The position numbers and the translations under genes were made by a program. The notes below the pieces were generated by a model. That model was not told where the DNA came from and ran no database searches. It saw only the letters and a list, made by a program, of their open reading frames with translations. Shown here one piece after another: positions 45,272-53,129 of a stretch of 64,000 nucleotides of DNA (the stretch's first letter is position 1; each line of letters opens with the position of its first letter). Location: the NCBI GenBank assembly GCA_031411755.1, contig JANOBS010000058.1, forward strand, positions 13,206 through 77,205, read 5' to 3'. The stretch comes from Luteolibacter sp. Lineage in GTDB: Bacteria; Verrucomicrobiota; Verrucomicrobiia; Verrucomicrobiales; Akkermansiaceae.

Positions 45272-45293
45272 TGTGAAAATGTGAAACTGTGAG
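45272..45293 (+). promoter_or_regulatory. Three tandem TGTGA(A/G) boxes at 8-nt spacing just upstream of vapB (possible operator)
   Basis: 'tgtgaaa' at 45272, 'tgtgaaa' at 45280, 'tgtgag' at 45288. The start codon is at 45298. Confidence 0.3.
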
Positions 45294-45297
45294 CTTC

Positions 45298-45561
45298 ATG
45301 AAGAACATCACGATTGCCGTGGATGACGAACTCTACCGCCTGGCCCGGATCAAGGCGGCGGAAAACTCCAGTTCGGTGTCAGCCTTGTTCAAAGCCTTCC
45401 TCATCCGGCTCACGGCAAACGAAGGGGCCGAGACCGAGTTTCAGCGGCTTGAGCGCGAGGAGGAGGAGCTCCGTGCCGAACTTCGCGCCCGGCGTCTGAG
45501 CCTTGATTCCGCCCACAATCTCAGCCGTGACGAGCTGCACGAACGCCATGCGCTTCGTTGA
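45298..45561 (+). CDS. vapB: Ribbon-helix-helix antitoxin (VapB-like)
   Basis: 'MKNITIAVDDELYRLARIKAAENSSSVSALFKAFLIRL'. It overlaps the downstream PIN gene by 14 nt. The listed ORF starts at GTG 45289. Confidence 0.7.
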   Translation: MKNITIAVDDELYRLARIKAAENSSSVSALFKAFLIRLTANEGAETEFQRLEREEEELRAELRARRLSLDSAHNLSRDELHERHALR

Positions 45562-45958
45562 CACCAACATCCTGCTCTACTCGCTGGATCTGGGACCTTC
45601 TCAGCCAGCCAAGGCCGCGATTGCTTCCAAAATTCTGAAGAGCACCGATCTCGCCCTCTCCGTCCAGGTGCTTCAGGAGTTCTACGTGCAGGCGACCCAT
45701 TCGCGTCGTCCGGATGCGCTATCGCATGAAATCGCGGCGAGGCTGATTGGGAAATGGCTGAGATTCCGGATTCAGGAAAACACCGTCGCCGTTCTCCAGT
45801 CGGCACTCGTCATCAAGGAACGATACCAAACCTCCTACTGGGACGCCTCTATTCTTGCGGCAGCGAAAGCCGCGCGTTGCAGTGAGCTTCTCAGCGAAGA
45901 TCTGAACCACGGTCAGGACTACGACGGGGTGATCGTGGTGAATCCTTTTCTGGAATGA
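45548..45958 (+). CDS. vapC: PIN-domain toxin VapC
   Basis: Start at ATG 45548. 'MRFVDTNILLY' (Asp5), 'VLQEF', 'YWDASILAAA' and 'SEDL' are the acidic PIN residues. Confidence 0.85.
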   Translation: MRFVDTNILLYSLDLGPSQPAKAAIASKILKSTDLALSVQVLQEFYVQATHSRRPDALSHEIAARLIGKWLRFRIQENTVAVLQSALVIKERYQTSYWDASILAAAKAARCSELLSEDLNHGQDYDGVIVVNPFLE

Positions 45959-45995
45959 ATCCGGCTAGGCCTTCATCCGGATGGTCGTTCCGCTA

Positions 45996-46385
45996 TCATG
46001 CCTCCTGAAGGGCGATGCGCGCCAGAAATCCGGAGCGCGATTCACCGTTCTTGCTCGCGGCGGCGTCGATCCGACGCAGGACGCGTTCTGGAAGTGAAAT
46101 GTTCAAGCGCCGTGATTTGCCTGAAAGAGAGGCAAGATCCACGGAAACCATTGCCCAAATCATGTGACGATAGTCCGGATTGGCTGAATGGAAGTCAGCT
46201 CCCGCAGGAGTGGGGATATTCTCACCTGCATCGAGCAATCCCTCGATATGAAAGGCCGCAGCGTCTGCGGCGTTGCGGATGGCCTCATCAAGCGTATCTC
46301 CCGCGCTGAAGCAGCCAGGCAGATCGGGGAATTGCACTCCGTAGGCCTTGCCCTTTTCGTGCTCGATGACGATGGCGTAGTTCAT
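45996..46385 (-). CDS. hicB: HicB-family antitoxin
   Basis: 'YAIVIEHEKGKAYGVQFPDLPGCFSAGDTLDEAIRNA' with a C-terminal RHH 'RLNISLPERVLRRIDAAA'. Confidence 0.9.
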   Translation of the reverse strand: MNYAIVIEHEKGKAYGVQFPDLPGCFSAGDTLDEAIRNAADAAAFHIEGLLDAGENIPTPAGADFHSANPDYRHMIWAMVSVDLASLSGKSRRLNISLPERVLRRIDAAASKNGESRSGFLARIALQEA

Positions 46386-46570
46386 GGTTGTTCGATTCCG
46401 GCTGATTTCAGAATGGCACGCGCGGTTCCCAGGGGCAGATCCTTCTTTGGATGAGGAACCGTGACAACGCCGCGTCTGGTTGGGTGATTGAATTGGTGGT
46501 GGCTGCCTTTTGAGCGGGTTTCCAGCCAGCCAGCTTTTTTCAAAAGCCTGATGATCTCACGGCTGCTCAC
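46382..46570 (-). CDS. hicA: HicA-family mRNA-interferase toxin
   Basis: 'SREIIRLLKKAGWLETRSKGSHHQFNHP'. GTG start. It overlaps hicB by 4 nt. Confidence 0.9.
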   Translation of the reverse strand: MSSREIIRLLKKAGWLETRSKGSHHQFNHPTRRGVVTVPHPKKDLPLGTARAILKSAGIEQP

Positions 46571-46572
46571 CG

Positions 46573-46588
46573 TGTGTAATCATACACA
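46573..46588 (-). promoter_or_regulatory. Palindrome immediately upstream of hicA (possible TA operator)
   Basis: 'tgtgta-atca-tacaca', starting 3 nt from the hicA start codon. Confidence 0.3.
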
Positions 46589-46614
46589 AGCCCAGGGATT
46601 CGCCAACACTTAAT

Positions 46615-48306
46615 TCAAGCCTCCACCTTCTGGCTGGCGAAGAAGACCTCCATGCGGTGCTGGATGTCGTCGTAAAAGCGCTTCTTGATGGATTCCAGCG
46701 CGGCGAGTTTCTCGGGCGTGCCGTTGCTGTGGGCCTCCTGTTCGAGACGCATCTTTTCGGCGAAGGCGCGCTCCATTTCGATGAGTGAGTCGAGGAACTC
46801 CTGGGCGGCCCGTGAGTGCTCCACGCCATCGATGAGGGCGTGTTCGAGGCGTTTGTTGCGCGTCACCGCGATGAGGTTCCCGGTGGCGAGCTGGCTCATG
46901 TAGCGGCGGTGGCTTTGCTTGAAGGCCTGATGCTCGGAGTCGAAGGTGACCTCGTCGCGGTCGACCAGCGAATCGTAGGGGCCCGGTTTGGTGAAGAACT
47001 TCACGACCAGAGGGATGGTGTCCACGAGCATGAACAGCAGGGTGAGGATGATGTAGGTGTAGAAGGCGAATCTTCCGCCCTCGGCTCCGGCTTGAAATAG
47101 GGCATGCAGGGCGAGGGTCTGCGTGAGGATGTCGCGCCGTGGCTCGGCACGCAGGGCGGTGAGGCGGACGTCCTCCTCCTTCGCCACGCTGGCGAGTTCG
47201 TCCTGCACGCGGGTGAGCTCCTTGAGGCGCGTGTCGATCTGCTGCTTGATCGTCTCCCGCAGCGCGTTCTGCTGGGTGACGAACTGCCCGGCCTGGTCTT
47301 CTTCGACTTTCCGTTTCAGTCCGGCGACGCGATCCGCCTCGACCTTATTGGCGGCTTCGATCTCCTTAAGATGCCCTTCGAAGTTCCCGATGGCCGCTGC
47401 CTCCGCCTCACGGCTCTGGGTCTGTAGGCTCGATTTCTCGGCGGAAAGGTGCTCAAGCAACGCACCCATGCGGGTCGATTCGCTGCGACGTGGTTCGAGC
47501 TGGTCGGAGCGGATCGACTTCGCGCGCGGGCCCTCGCCGGCGAGCCCGGAACGCTGGCCGTTGAGTTCGCGCTCGAACTCCGCCTGCCAGAATCCGAGTT
47601 CGGTCTGGAGCTTGGTGTATTGCGGGGTGAGCTCGGCACTCTGCGTCTCGAGCACCGTCAGCCGCTCGCGGAAGGGCGCGGTGCCCTCATCGATGGCCTT
47701 CTTCAGTTCCCTCTGCTGCTCGGCCGTGAGACCTGGAATCGCGGAGGACGCATCGGCATTTTCCTGGAGGATGAACTTGGCTTGGAAGGTGTCGTTCCAC
47801 TTTTCCCGCTGCTCGCCGATGCCTTTTTCCAGCGCGGCGATCTGGGTCTGCACCTTCGTTTTCTCATTCTCAAATCCCGCCCGCACCGTCTCCACTTCGG
47901 CGGCGCGGTCCTTCTCGATCACCGAACTCACGGTGTCGCGGAAAAGCAGCAGCACCAGCGGGTGGGCGATCGTCAGACCCATCAGCACGGCCACGCAGAG
48001 CCGGAGGGAAAATTGCGAGAGTTTCCGCGTCCAAGAAAGGTAGGGCCGATATCCGGCGAGCAGGGCGCGGTCGATGGTGAGAATGATGAGGCTCCAGACC
48101 AGCGCGACCGGATAGATCACGCGGGGATTGTCGGTCAGGGTGGAGAGGGCGTAGGCGCAGGCAATGAAGGCGAATGCACAGGGGACGAGGACGGTCGCGC
48201 CGAAGGCCACGTACTTCCGCTGCTCCCAGTTCGGGCATTGTTCGAGCGTTTCGGTGCCCGCGCCGGAGAGCCAGAAAAAGAGGCGTTTGAAGGGATTGGT
48301 GCGCAT
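46615..48306 (-). CDS. DUF4407-like membrane protein with a long central coiled coil
   Basis: The N-terminus 'FFWLSGAGTETLEQCPNWEQRKYVAFGATVLVPCAFAFIACAYAL' matches my memory of the DUF4407 signature. It has TM helices at both ends of a ~250-aa coiled coil, and a soluble C-terminal ~140 aa. Confidence 0.7.
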   Translation of the reverse strand: MRTNPFKRLFFWLSGAGTETLEQCPNWEQRKYVAFGATVLVPCAFAFIACAYALSTLTDNPRVIYPVALVWSLIILTIDRALLAGYRPYLSWTRKLSQFSLRLCVAVLMGLTIAHPLVLLLFRDTVSSVIEKDRAAEVETVRAGFENEKTKVQTQIAALEKGIGEQREKWNDTFQAKFILQENADASSAIPGLTAEQQRELKKAIDEGTAPFRERLTVLETQSAELTPQYTKLQTELGFWQAEFERELNGQRSGLAGEGPRAKSIRSDQLEPRRSESTRMGALLEHLSAEKSSLQTQSREAEAAAIGNFEGHLKEIEAANKVEADRVAGLKRKVEEDQAGQFVTQQNALRETIKQQIDTRLKELTRVQDELASVAKEEDVRLTALRAEPRRDILTQTLALHALFQAGAEGGRFAFYTYIILTLLFMLVDTIPLVVKFFTKPGPYDSLVDRDEVTFDSEHQAFKQSHRRYMSQLATGNLIAVTRNKRLEHALIDGVEHSRAAQEFLDSLIEMERAFAEKMRLEQEAHSNGTPEKLAALESIKKRFYDDIQHRMEVFFASQKVEA

Positions 48307-48384
48307 GGAAATTCGGAGTTTGGGGGGATTCAGAACGATTACCGGAGAAAGAGGCGGATCATTTCATCGCGCGTTCTTCTTAAC

Positions 48385-48520
48385 CACGGATTTCACAGAT
48401 TATCACGGATAAGATCGGATTGGGTCGAAGCAACTTACCGGATTCTAGCCCCCCGGTTCTCCAAGCAACCAATCCGGTGTCATTCAAGGTCTTCATCCGT
48501 GAAAATCCGTGTCATCCGTG
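48385..48520. repeat. Imperfect ~140-bp palindrome built from CACGGAT/ATCCGTG boxes in the divergent DUF4407 / dGTPase promoter region
   Basis: Forward (C)CGGAT boxes lie at 48385, 48404, 48415 and 48438. Reverse ATCCG(TG) boxes lie at 48472, 48495, 48505 and 48514. The symmetry centre is near 48457. Spacing within each arm is about 10 and 19 nt. Confidence 0.8.
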
Positions 48521-48615
48521 GTCAGAAATTTTCCCTTCGCCATGGTGTAGGAATCCTGATCTTCCCGCGCCCGGTTTGGTTTGCCGAATTCCGGCCCGCC
48601 CCTTATCCATGCGCA

Positions 48616-49908
48616 ATGCACAACGGCTTTTACAACGCGTGGGACCTCGAACGCCGATCCGGCCTTTCGGATTCGGCCGATTACCGCACGCCGTTCCAGA
48701 TCGATCGCGACCGCGTGCTGCACACCCCCACCTTCCGCCGCCTGCAGAACAAGACCCAGGTCTTCTGGAGCGGCGAATACGATTTCTATCGCACCCGCCT
48801 GACGCACTCGCTGGAGGTCGCGCAGATCGGGAAGGCGATCTGCCGCTGGCTGGAAACGCGACCCGATGGCCCGCTCTCGCGCGAGTTCCATGTCGATCCG
48901 GATCTCCTCGAAGCGGTCTGTCTTTCGCACGACCTCGGCCACCCACCCTTCGGCCATGCGGGCGAGCGTTCACTGAATTTCCTGATGAAGGATCACGGCG
49001 GTTTCGAGGGCAACGCCCAGACCCTGCGACTCCTCACCGAGCGGATCTTCTCGGCGAAGCGCACCGGCATGGACCCGACCCGCGCCTTTCTCGATGGCGT
49101 GCTGAAATACAAGTCGCTCTGGACCGAGCGCAAGGCCGCCGACGGACATGCTCCCGAGCATCACTTCCTCTACGACGACCAGCATGCGCATCTCGACTGG
49201 GCGATGGGCGGAAATGATTTCCCGATCGAGCTCACCCCGGGCGACGTGCGCGACACCTTCAAGTCGATCGAATGCCAGATCATGGACTGGGCGGACGACA
49301 CCGCCTACTCACTCAATGACCTTTCCGACAGCGTCCGCGCGGGCTTCCTCACCATCGAGAAAATCGAGGCCTGGGCGGAGAAATCCGGAGCCTCCACCGG
49401 TGAGGGCACACCTCTCGGCGATCTGCTGAAAGCGATCCGGCGCAAGCGCGTCGATCCCTTCGTTGGGAAACGCATCGGCTCCTACATCCAGGCCACGCGA
49501 CTGGAGTCCGACGTGAACTTCCTCAGCGCCATGACCAACCGCTACCGCTACCGGCTCGTCATCGATCCGGCGGTCAAGGCCGAGTCCAAGCTCTTCAAGA
49601 AGCTCGCCTTCGAAGTCGTCTTCCTTTCCCCGCAGCTCAAGCAGCTCGAGCACAAGGGCAGCCGCATGCTCCGCCAGCTCTGGGACGTGCTGGAGAAACG
49701 CTACGTCCGTGGAGAAACCATCGACGGCCAGGACTTCCAGCTCCTTGCCCCGGATACCGCTGCGGAAATCGAAGCCGCGCCGGATGAGTTGGGACGCGCA
49801 CGCATCGTCTGCGATTTCCTCGCTGGCATGACGGATGGTTATGCGGCGCGAACTTACAAGCGCCTCTTCGTGCCGGACTTCGGGTCGATCGGGGATTTGA
49901 TTGGGTGA
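48616..49908 (+). CDS. dGTPase-family (deoxyguanosinetriphosphate triphosphohydrolase-like) HD-domain protein
   Basis: The real start is ATG 48616, inside the artefactual ORF 47449..49908. 'YRTPFQIDRDRVLHTPTFRRLQNKTQVF', 'RLTHSLEVAQIG', 'HDLGHPPFGH'. Confidence 0.85.
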   Translation: MHNGFYNAWDLERRSGLSDSADYRTPFQIDRDRVLHTPTFRRLQNKTQVFWSGEYDFYRTRLTHSLEVAQIGKAICRWLETRPDGPLSREFHVDPDLLEAVCLSHDLGHPPFGHAGERSLNFLMKDHGGFEGNAQTLRLLTERIFSAKRTGMDPTRAFLDGVLKYKSLWTERKAADGHAPEHHFLYDDQHAHLDWAMGGNDFPIELTPGDVRDTFKSIECQIMDWADDTAYSLNDLSDSVRAGFLTIEKIEAWAEKSGASTGEGTPLGDLLKAIRRKRVDPFVGKRIGSYIQATRLESDVNFLSAMTNRYRYRLVIDPAVKAESKLFKKLAFEVVFLSPQLKQLEHKGSRMLRQLWDVLEKRYVRGETIDGQDFQLLAPDTAAEIEAAPDELGRARIVCDFLAGMTDGYAARTYKRLFVPDFGSIGDLIG

Positions 49909-49921
49909 GGGGAGCCAATAA

Positions 49922-49952
49922 TGACGAATGACGAAATCCGAATGACGAAGGG
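49922..49952. repeat. Heptamer-phased word tract; left member of an inverted pair
   Basis: 'aatgacg|aatgacg|aaatccg|aatgacg|aag'. It matches the reverse complement of 51628-51658 at about 28/31. Confidence 0.8.
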
Positions 49953-50077
49953 TGGACCTGGTTGGGCACGCCGTTGACTGAGGATTCCAAGCTTGGCCAC
50001 GCTCCATGACTCGTCTAAAAATCCCCCATGAACAGCTGGGTGGAATTCCATACTTCCGGGTCGACTTTGCCCCCTAT

Positions 50078-50095
50078 TCACCGACCGGTCGGTGA
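50078..50095. promoter_or_regulatory. Perfect 18-bp palindrome upstream of the cassette's first gene
   Basis: 'tcaccgacc|ggtcggtga'. A partial third half-site 'accggtcg' follows at about 50112. Confidence 0.3.
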
Positions 50096-50143
50096 GTAAC
50101 CCCCAAATCCAACCGGTCGTTCAACAAAACTGTTAGCCAAGAA

Positions 50144-50521
50144 ATGAAACTCACGATCCCGGTAGCAATAGGCATCGCACTTTCTGGTGGGCTATCGTCC
50201 TGCAAAGAGAAGTTGCCCCAACATCCCGCACCCGTGGATACAAAGCTGAGTCCTCAAGCTGCGGCCTTGGCAAAGTTGGTAGATATGGGAGGGCGGCTTC
50301 CGCGAGAGCACGATGTTCCGTTCGTATTTGCACCATTTGACGATCAAATTGATGTGCTTCTGGCGCATATGAAGAAAGCAGGTATTTCTTTGGCTTTGCC
50401 AGACAGCGTCGATTTGGGCAACGGGCTTTGGAAGATAGCTCCGGAGGATCTCGATAGAGGCCGCGCCGTAGTAGAAGAATACCATTTGAAGGAATCGCTG
50501 AAGGGGTTTCACTTCGAGTGA
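50144..50521 (+). CDS. Hypothetical small lipoprotein
   Basis: Lipobox 'GGLSSC'. 125 aa. G+C is visibly lower than in the surrounding DNA. Confidence 0.5.
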   Translation: MKLTIPVAIGIALSGGLSSCKEKLPQHPAPVDTKLSPQAAALAKLVDMGGRLPREHDVPFVFAPFDDQIDVLLAHMKKAGISLALPDSVDLGNGLWKIAPEDLDRGRAVVEEYHLKESLKGFHFE

Positions 50522-50698
50522 AGCATCTACGGCATAGCGCAATGAAGAATGGCTAACAAGTCGAGACACGCAACCCCTATCAGCCGCCCTGTTTTCATGA
50601 TCTTCCGTAGTTTTAACCTCAACCCCGTGATCGACGTTCGCCCTCCTGATAGGGGTGCGTGCTCTTTTACGTTGCTAGGCATGACCAAAGTCTGGACT

Positions 50699-51349
50699 AT
50701 GAAACTCAAGATACTCGCTCTGTTGATTTGCTTCTTTGCTGCGTCACTCCATCATGCATGGTCGGCGGTAATTGCCCGCATTGAGGAAAATGGGGGCGGG
50801 GTTTTGGCATCCTATTCGGGCTCAATAGACCTAGTTGGTCTGCGGCTCTATTCAACGAATCCCGTGCCATCTTTCGGATATCAAAACGTGCAGGCCGATT
50901 CTGGTAGGTTTGGGATCGGAGGTTCAGCCTCCTTTCTCAGGTATTCGGGCTTACTGGGGCCCCGAACAATAGGATCAGCATCGCTACAGTATATACCCAC
51001 AAGTGTCACTGGCGAATTTGCGGGAATCTGGGGCAATATTGGCCATATATGGGTTCCTTTAGACTACATTTCTGACTCCCAAATAAGCGGCACATCGTCA
51101 TGGAGTGGACGGAGTCTAGCTTCGTTGGGACTATCGGTTGGCGAATATACTTGGACTTGGGGAAGTGGCGCGTCTGGTGACTCATTCACCTTGTTGATTG
51201 TTCCAGAGCCTTCATGCGTCCATCTCCTATGGCTTGGAGCTTTGAGTCTTATCTTGCACCGTCACAGATGCAATAGGTCGAGCAATACGGTGGTGGACAA
51301 CCGGCTACCCGCCCCGACTCGAAATGACCCTCTTGATTACAACCTTTAA
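50699..51349 (+). CDS. PEP-CTERM-type secreted protein
   Basis: Start at ATG 50699 ('MKLKILALLICFFAASLHHAWS'). The C-terminal 'VPEPS' + hydrophobic helix + 'RHR' is a PEP-CTERM-like sorting signal, followed by an atypical 30-aa tail. Confidence 0.6.
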   Translation: MKLKILALLICFFAASLHHAWSAVIARIEENGGGVLASYSGSIDLVGLRLYSTNPVPSFGYQNVQADSGRFGIGGSASFLRYSGLLGPRTIGSASLQYIPTSVTGEFAGIWGNIGHIWVPLDYISDSQISGTSSWSGRSLASLGLSVGEYTWTWGSGASGDSFTLLIVPEPSCVHLLWLGALSLILHRHRCNRSSNTVVDNRLPAPTRNDPLDYNL

Positions 51350-51408
51350 CCCACAGTCGGAGGTGAGCACCCGGTAGCCGGTGCCACACCTCGACGTTCT
51401 TTCCAAAC

Positions 51409-51613
51409 CTTGGACTGCGGTGGGAAACGCAGTGCCACACCGCTTTGGCATGCGGCTTGGATGATCATCGCTGATTCTAGATGCGAATCGTCACCAACTT
51501 ACGACCTTCATGGAGTTCGGAAACTTGAGACGATCTGAATCTTTCCAGGAACCCTGAATCGGAACCGCATCAGAAGGCGGCGTGGCGCTTCACTTCCCGC
51601 CGCAGTCCAAGGG
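51409..51613. repeat. MITE-like element, copy 2
   Basis: Arms are 'cttggactgcggtgggaaacgcagtgccacaccgctttggcatgc' and 'gcatcagaaggcggcgtggcgcttcacttcccgccgcagtccaaggg'. The core is about two-thirds identical by eye to the reverse complement of the core of 32471-32670. Confidence 0.75.
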
Positions 51614-51627
51614 AGGAGATCCTCTTC

Positions 51628-51658
51628 CTTCGTCATTCGGATTTCGGAATTCGTCATG
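51628..51658. repeat. Heptamer-phased word tract; right member of the inverted pair
   Basis: 'cttcgtc|attcgga|tttcgga|attcgtc|atg'. Confidence 0.8.
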
Positions 51659-51727
51659 TTCTCCTCTCCATAACGGCGGAGGCTTCAATCCGGGCCTGTA
51701 AAACTTGGCAGGTCACATCCACGTAAA

Positions 51728-52639
51728 TCATGGAGCCGCCGCGAAGGGGCTGGCGGTTTCACGCGTGCGGATCTCTCCGGGCATCCAGGTCCAGGGATCG
51801 GTGTTCTTCTGCGTGTAAACGGCGAGGCCGATGACGCCGACGTTGCGGGTGTCGCCACGGCTGAGGTTGGCGTAGGAGTTCGAGACGGTGGAGAACTTGA
51901 AGGCCGCCACGGAATCATAGCCGGTGCGGTAGCCCTGGACTTCCAGCGTTTCACCTGTGGGCACGACATAACCGCGCTTGCTGACGCTGGCGGGCTTGCC
52001 GTCGATTACATCAAGCCCGTCGACGCTGAGCACGACCTGCAGGGGACTCTTGCAGACGTTCTTCAGGACAATCGTGTCGCGTCCGTTGTGGGAGCCCTCG
52101 ACGAAACGGCGATAAGACCCGCTGCCCAGGCGGCTGTTGTTGGTGTAGCTGAGATAGGTTGGCAGGAATCCGAAGCCGCCCTTGACGCCCCACTCCATCA
52201 CGCCGCCTGCCGTCGTTTGCAGTCCGCTGATCTTCGAGTCGAGCGCGCCCATGGCCTTCAGTCCTTCGCGGTCGTTGTAGTAGATCGCATCCACGCCGTA
52301 GGGCTTCGTGCTCGCACGTTCGAAAGCGGTGCTGGTCATCGGTGACTTGCGGGTTTCCCCGAAGGTGGTGGCGAGACCGGGACGTTCCTTGCGCGGTGGG
52401 GCGAAGGCCTCGTCAGCTTTCACGCCGCTGCCCGACGAGCGGTTCGGATTGTTCAGGACCGCATCAATGCTGTTGCGGTTGACGGCTGAGTCACCTGATC
52501 GAAGTCCGCCTGTCATAATGTCACTGACGTCCCGCTCACCTTTCGTTGGCGCTGCGGGGTTGTAGCCTCCGCTCGTCGCGCAGGAATTCATCATCCACAC
52601 CAACAAGCCCGTTACTGGAATCAGCCATCGCATTTTCAT
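51728..52639 (-). CDS. Hypothetical lipoprotein
   Basis: From ORF 51728..52702; start at ATG 52639 ('MKMRWLIPVTGLLVWMMNSC', lipobox). No family recognised. Confidence 0.55.
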   Translation of the reverse strand: MKMRWLIPVTGLLVWMMNSCATSGGYNPAAPTKGERDVSDIMTGGLRSGDSAVNRNSIDAVLNNPNRSSGSGVKADEAFAPPRKERPGLATTFGETRKSPMTSTAFERASTKPYGVDAIYYNDREGLKAMGALDSKISGLQTTAGGVMEWGVKGGFGFLPTYLSYTNNSRLGSGSYRRFVEGSHNGRDTIVLKNVCKSPLQVVLSVDGLDVIDGKPASVSKRGYVVPTGETLEVQGYRTGYDSVAAFKFSTVSNSYANLSRGDTRNVGVIGLAVYTQKNTDPWTWMPGEIRTRETASPFAAAP

Positions 52640-52743
52640 GGTGCTGGAAAAACAGCATTTAAAAATCCGCCCGTCAAATCTTTTGTGCAGTTTTTCCAGC
52701 ATTTCGAATTGCGGTGCGGAAAAATCGTGACAGGATCAGCCAC

Positions 52744-53118
52744 ATGAAACCGGACAGCTCCCAACAATCCCGCCGTGAACGGCAGGTGATGGAGATTCTT
52801 TTCCGACTCGGCAAAGCGACCGCGCAGGAGGTGCTTGATGAGCTGCCTGACCCGCCGACCTATTCGGCTGTTAGAGCCTTGCTGACCACGCTGGAAACAA
52901 AGAACCTGGTGAAACACGCCAAGGAATCGCGGCGCTATGTTTACAGTCCGTCGATCCCGGAAAAGAAAGCGAAGCAATCGGCGCTTCGGCAGTTACTGAC
53001 CACCTTCTTCGAGGGACGTCCCGAGAAGCTGGTGGCCTCCCTGCTCGATCCCGAGGACCAGCAGCTCAGCAAGGCAGAGATCGAACGCATCCGTGGCCTG
53101 ATCGATACCAACTCCTAA
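52744..53118 (+). CDS. BlaI/MecI/CopY-family transcriptional repressor
   Basis: Start at ATG 52744. 'RERQVMEILFRLGKATAQEVLDELPDPPTYSAVRALLTTLETKNLV'. Confidence 0.85.
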   Translation: MKPDSSQQSRRERQVMEILFRLGKATAQEVLDELPDPPTYSAVRALLTTLETKNLVKHAKESRRYVYSPSIPEKKAKQSALRQLLTTFFEGRPEKLVASLLDPEDQQLSKAEIERIRGLIDTNS

Positions 53119-53129
53119 CCCATCCAAGC

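Noticed and set aside
47449-48615. The 5' two-thirds of the 819-aa ORF 47449..49908
   Set aside because: This part is antisense to the DUF4407 gene and then crosses the palindromic intergenic region. Recognisable dGTPase sequence begins only at the ATG at 48616.
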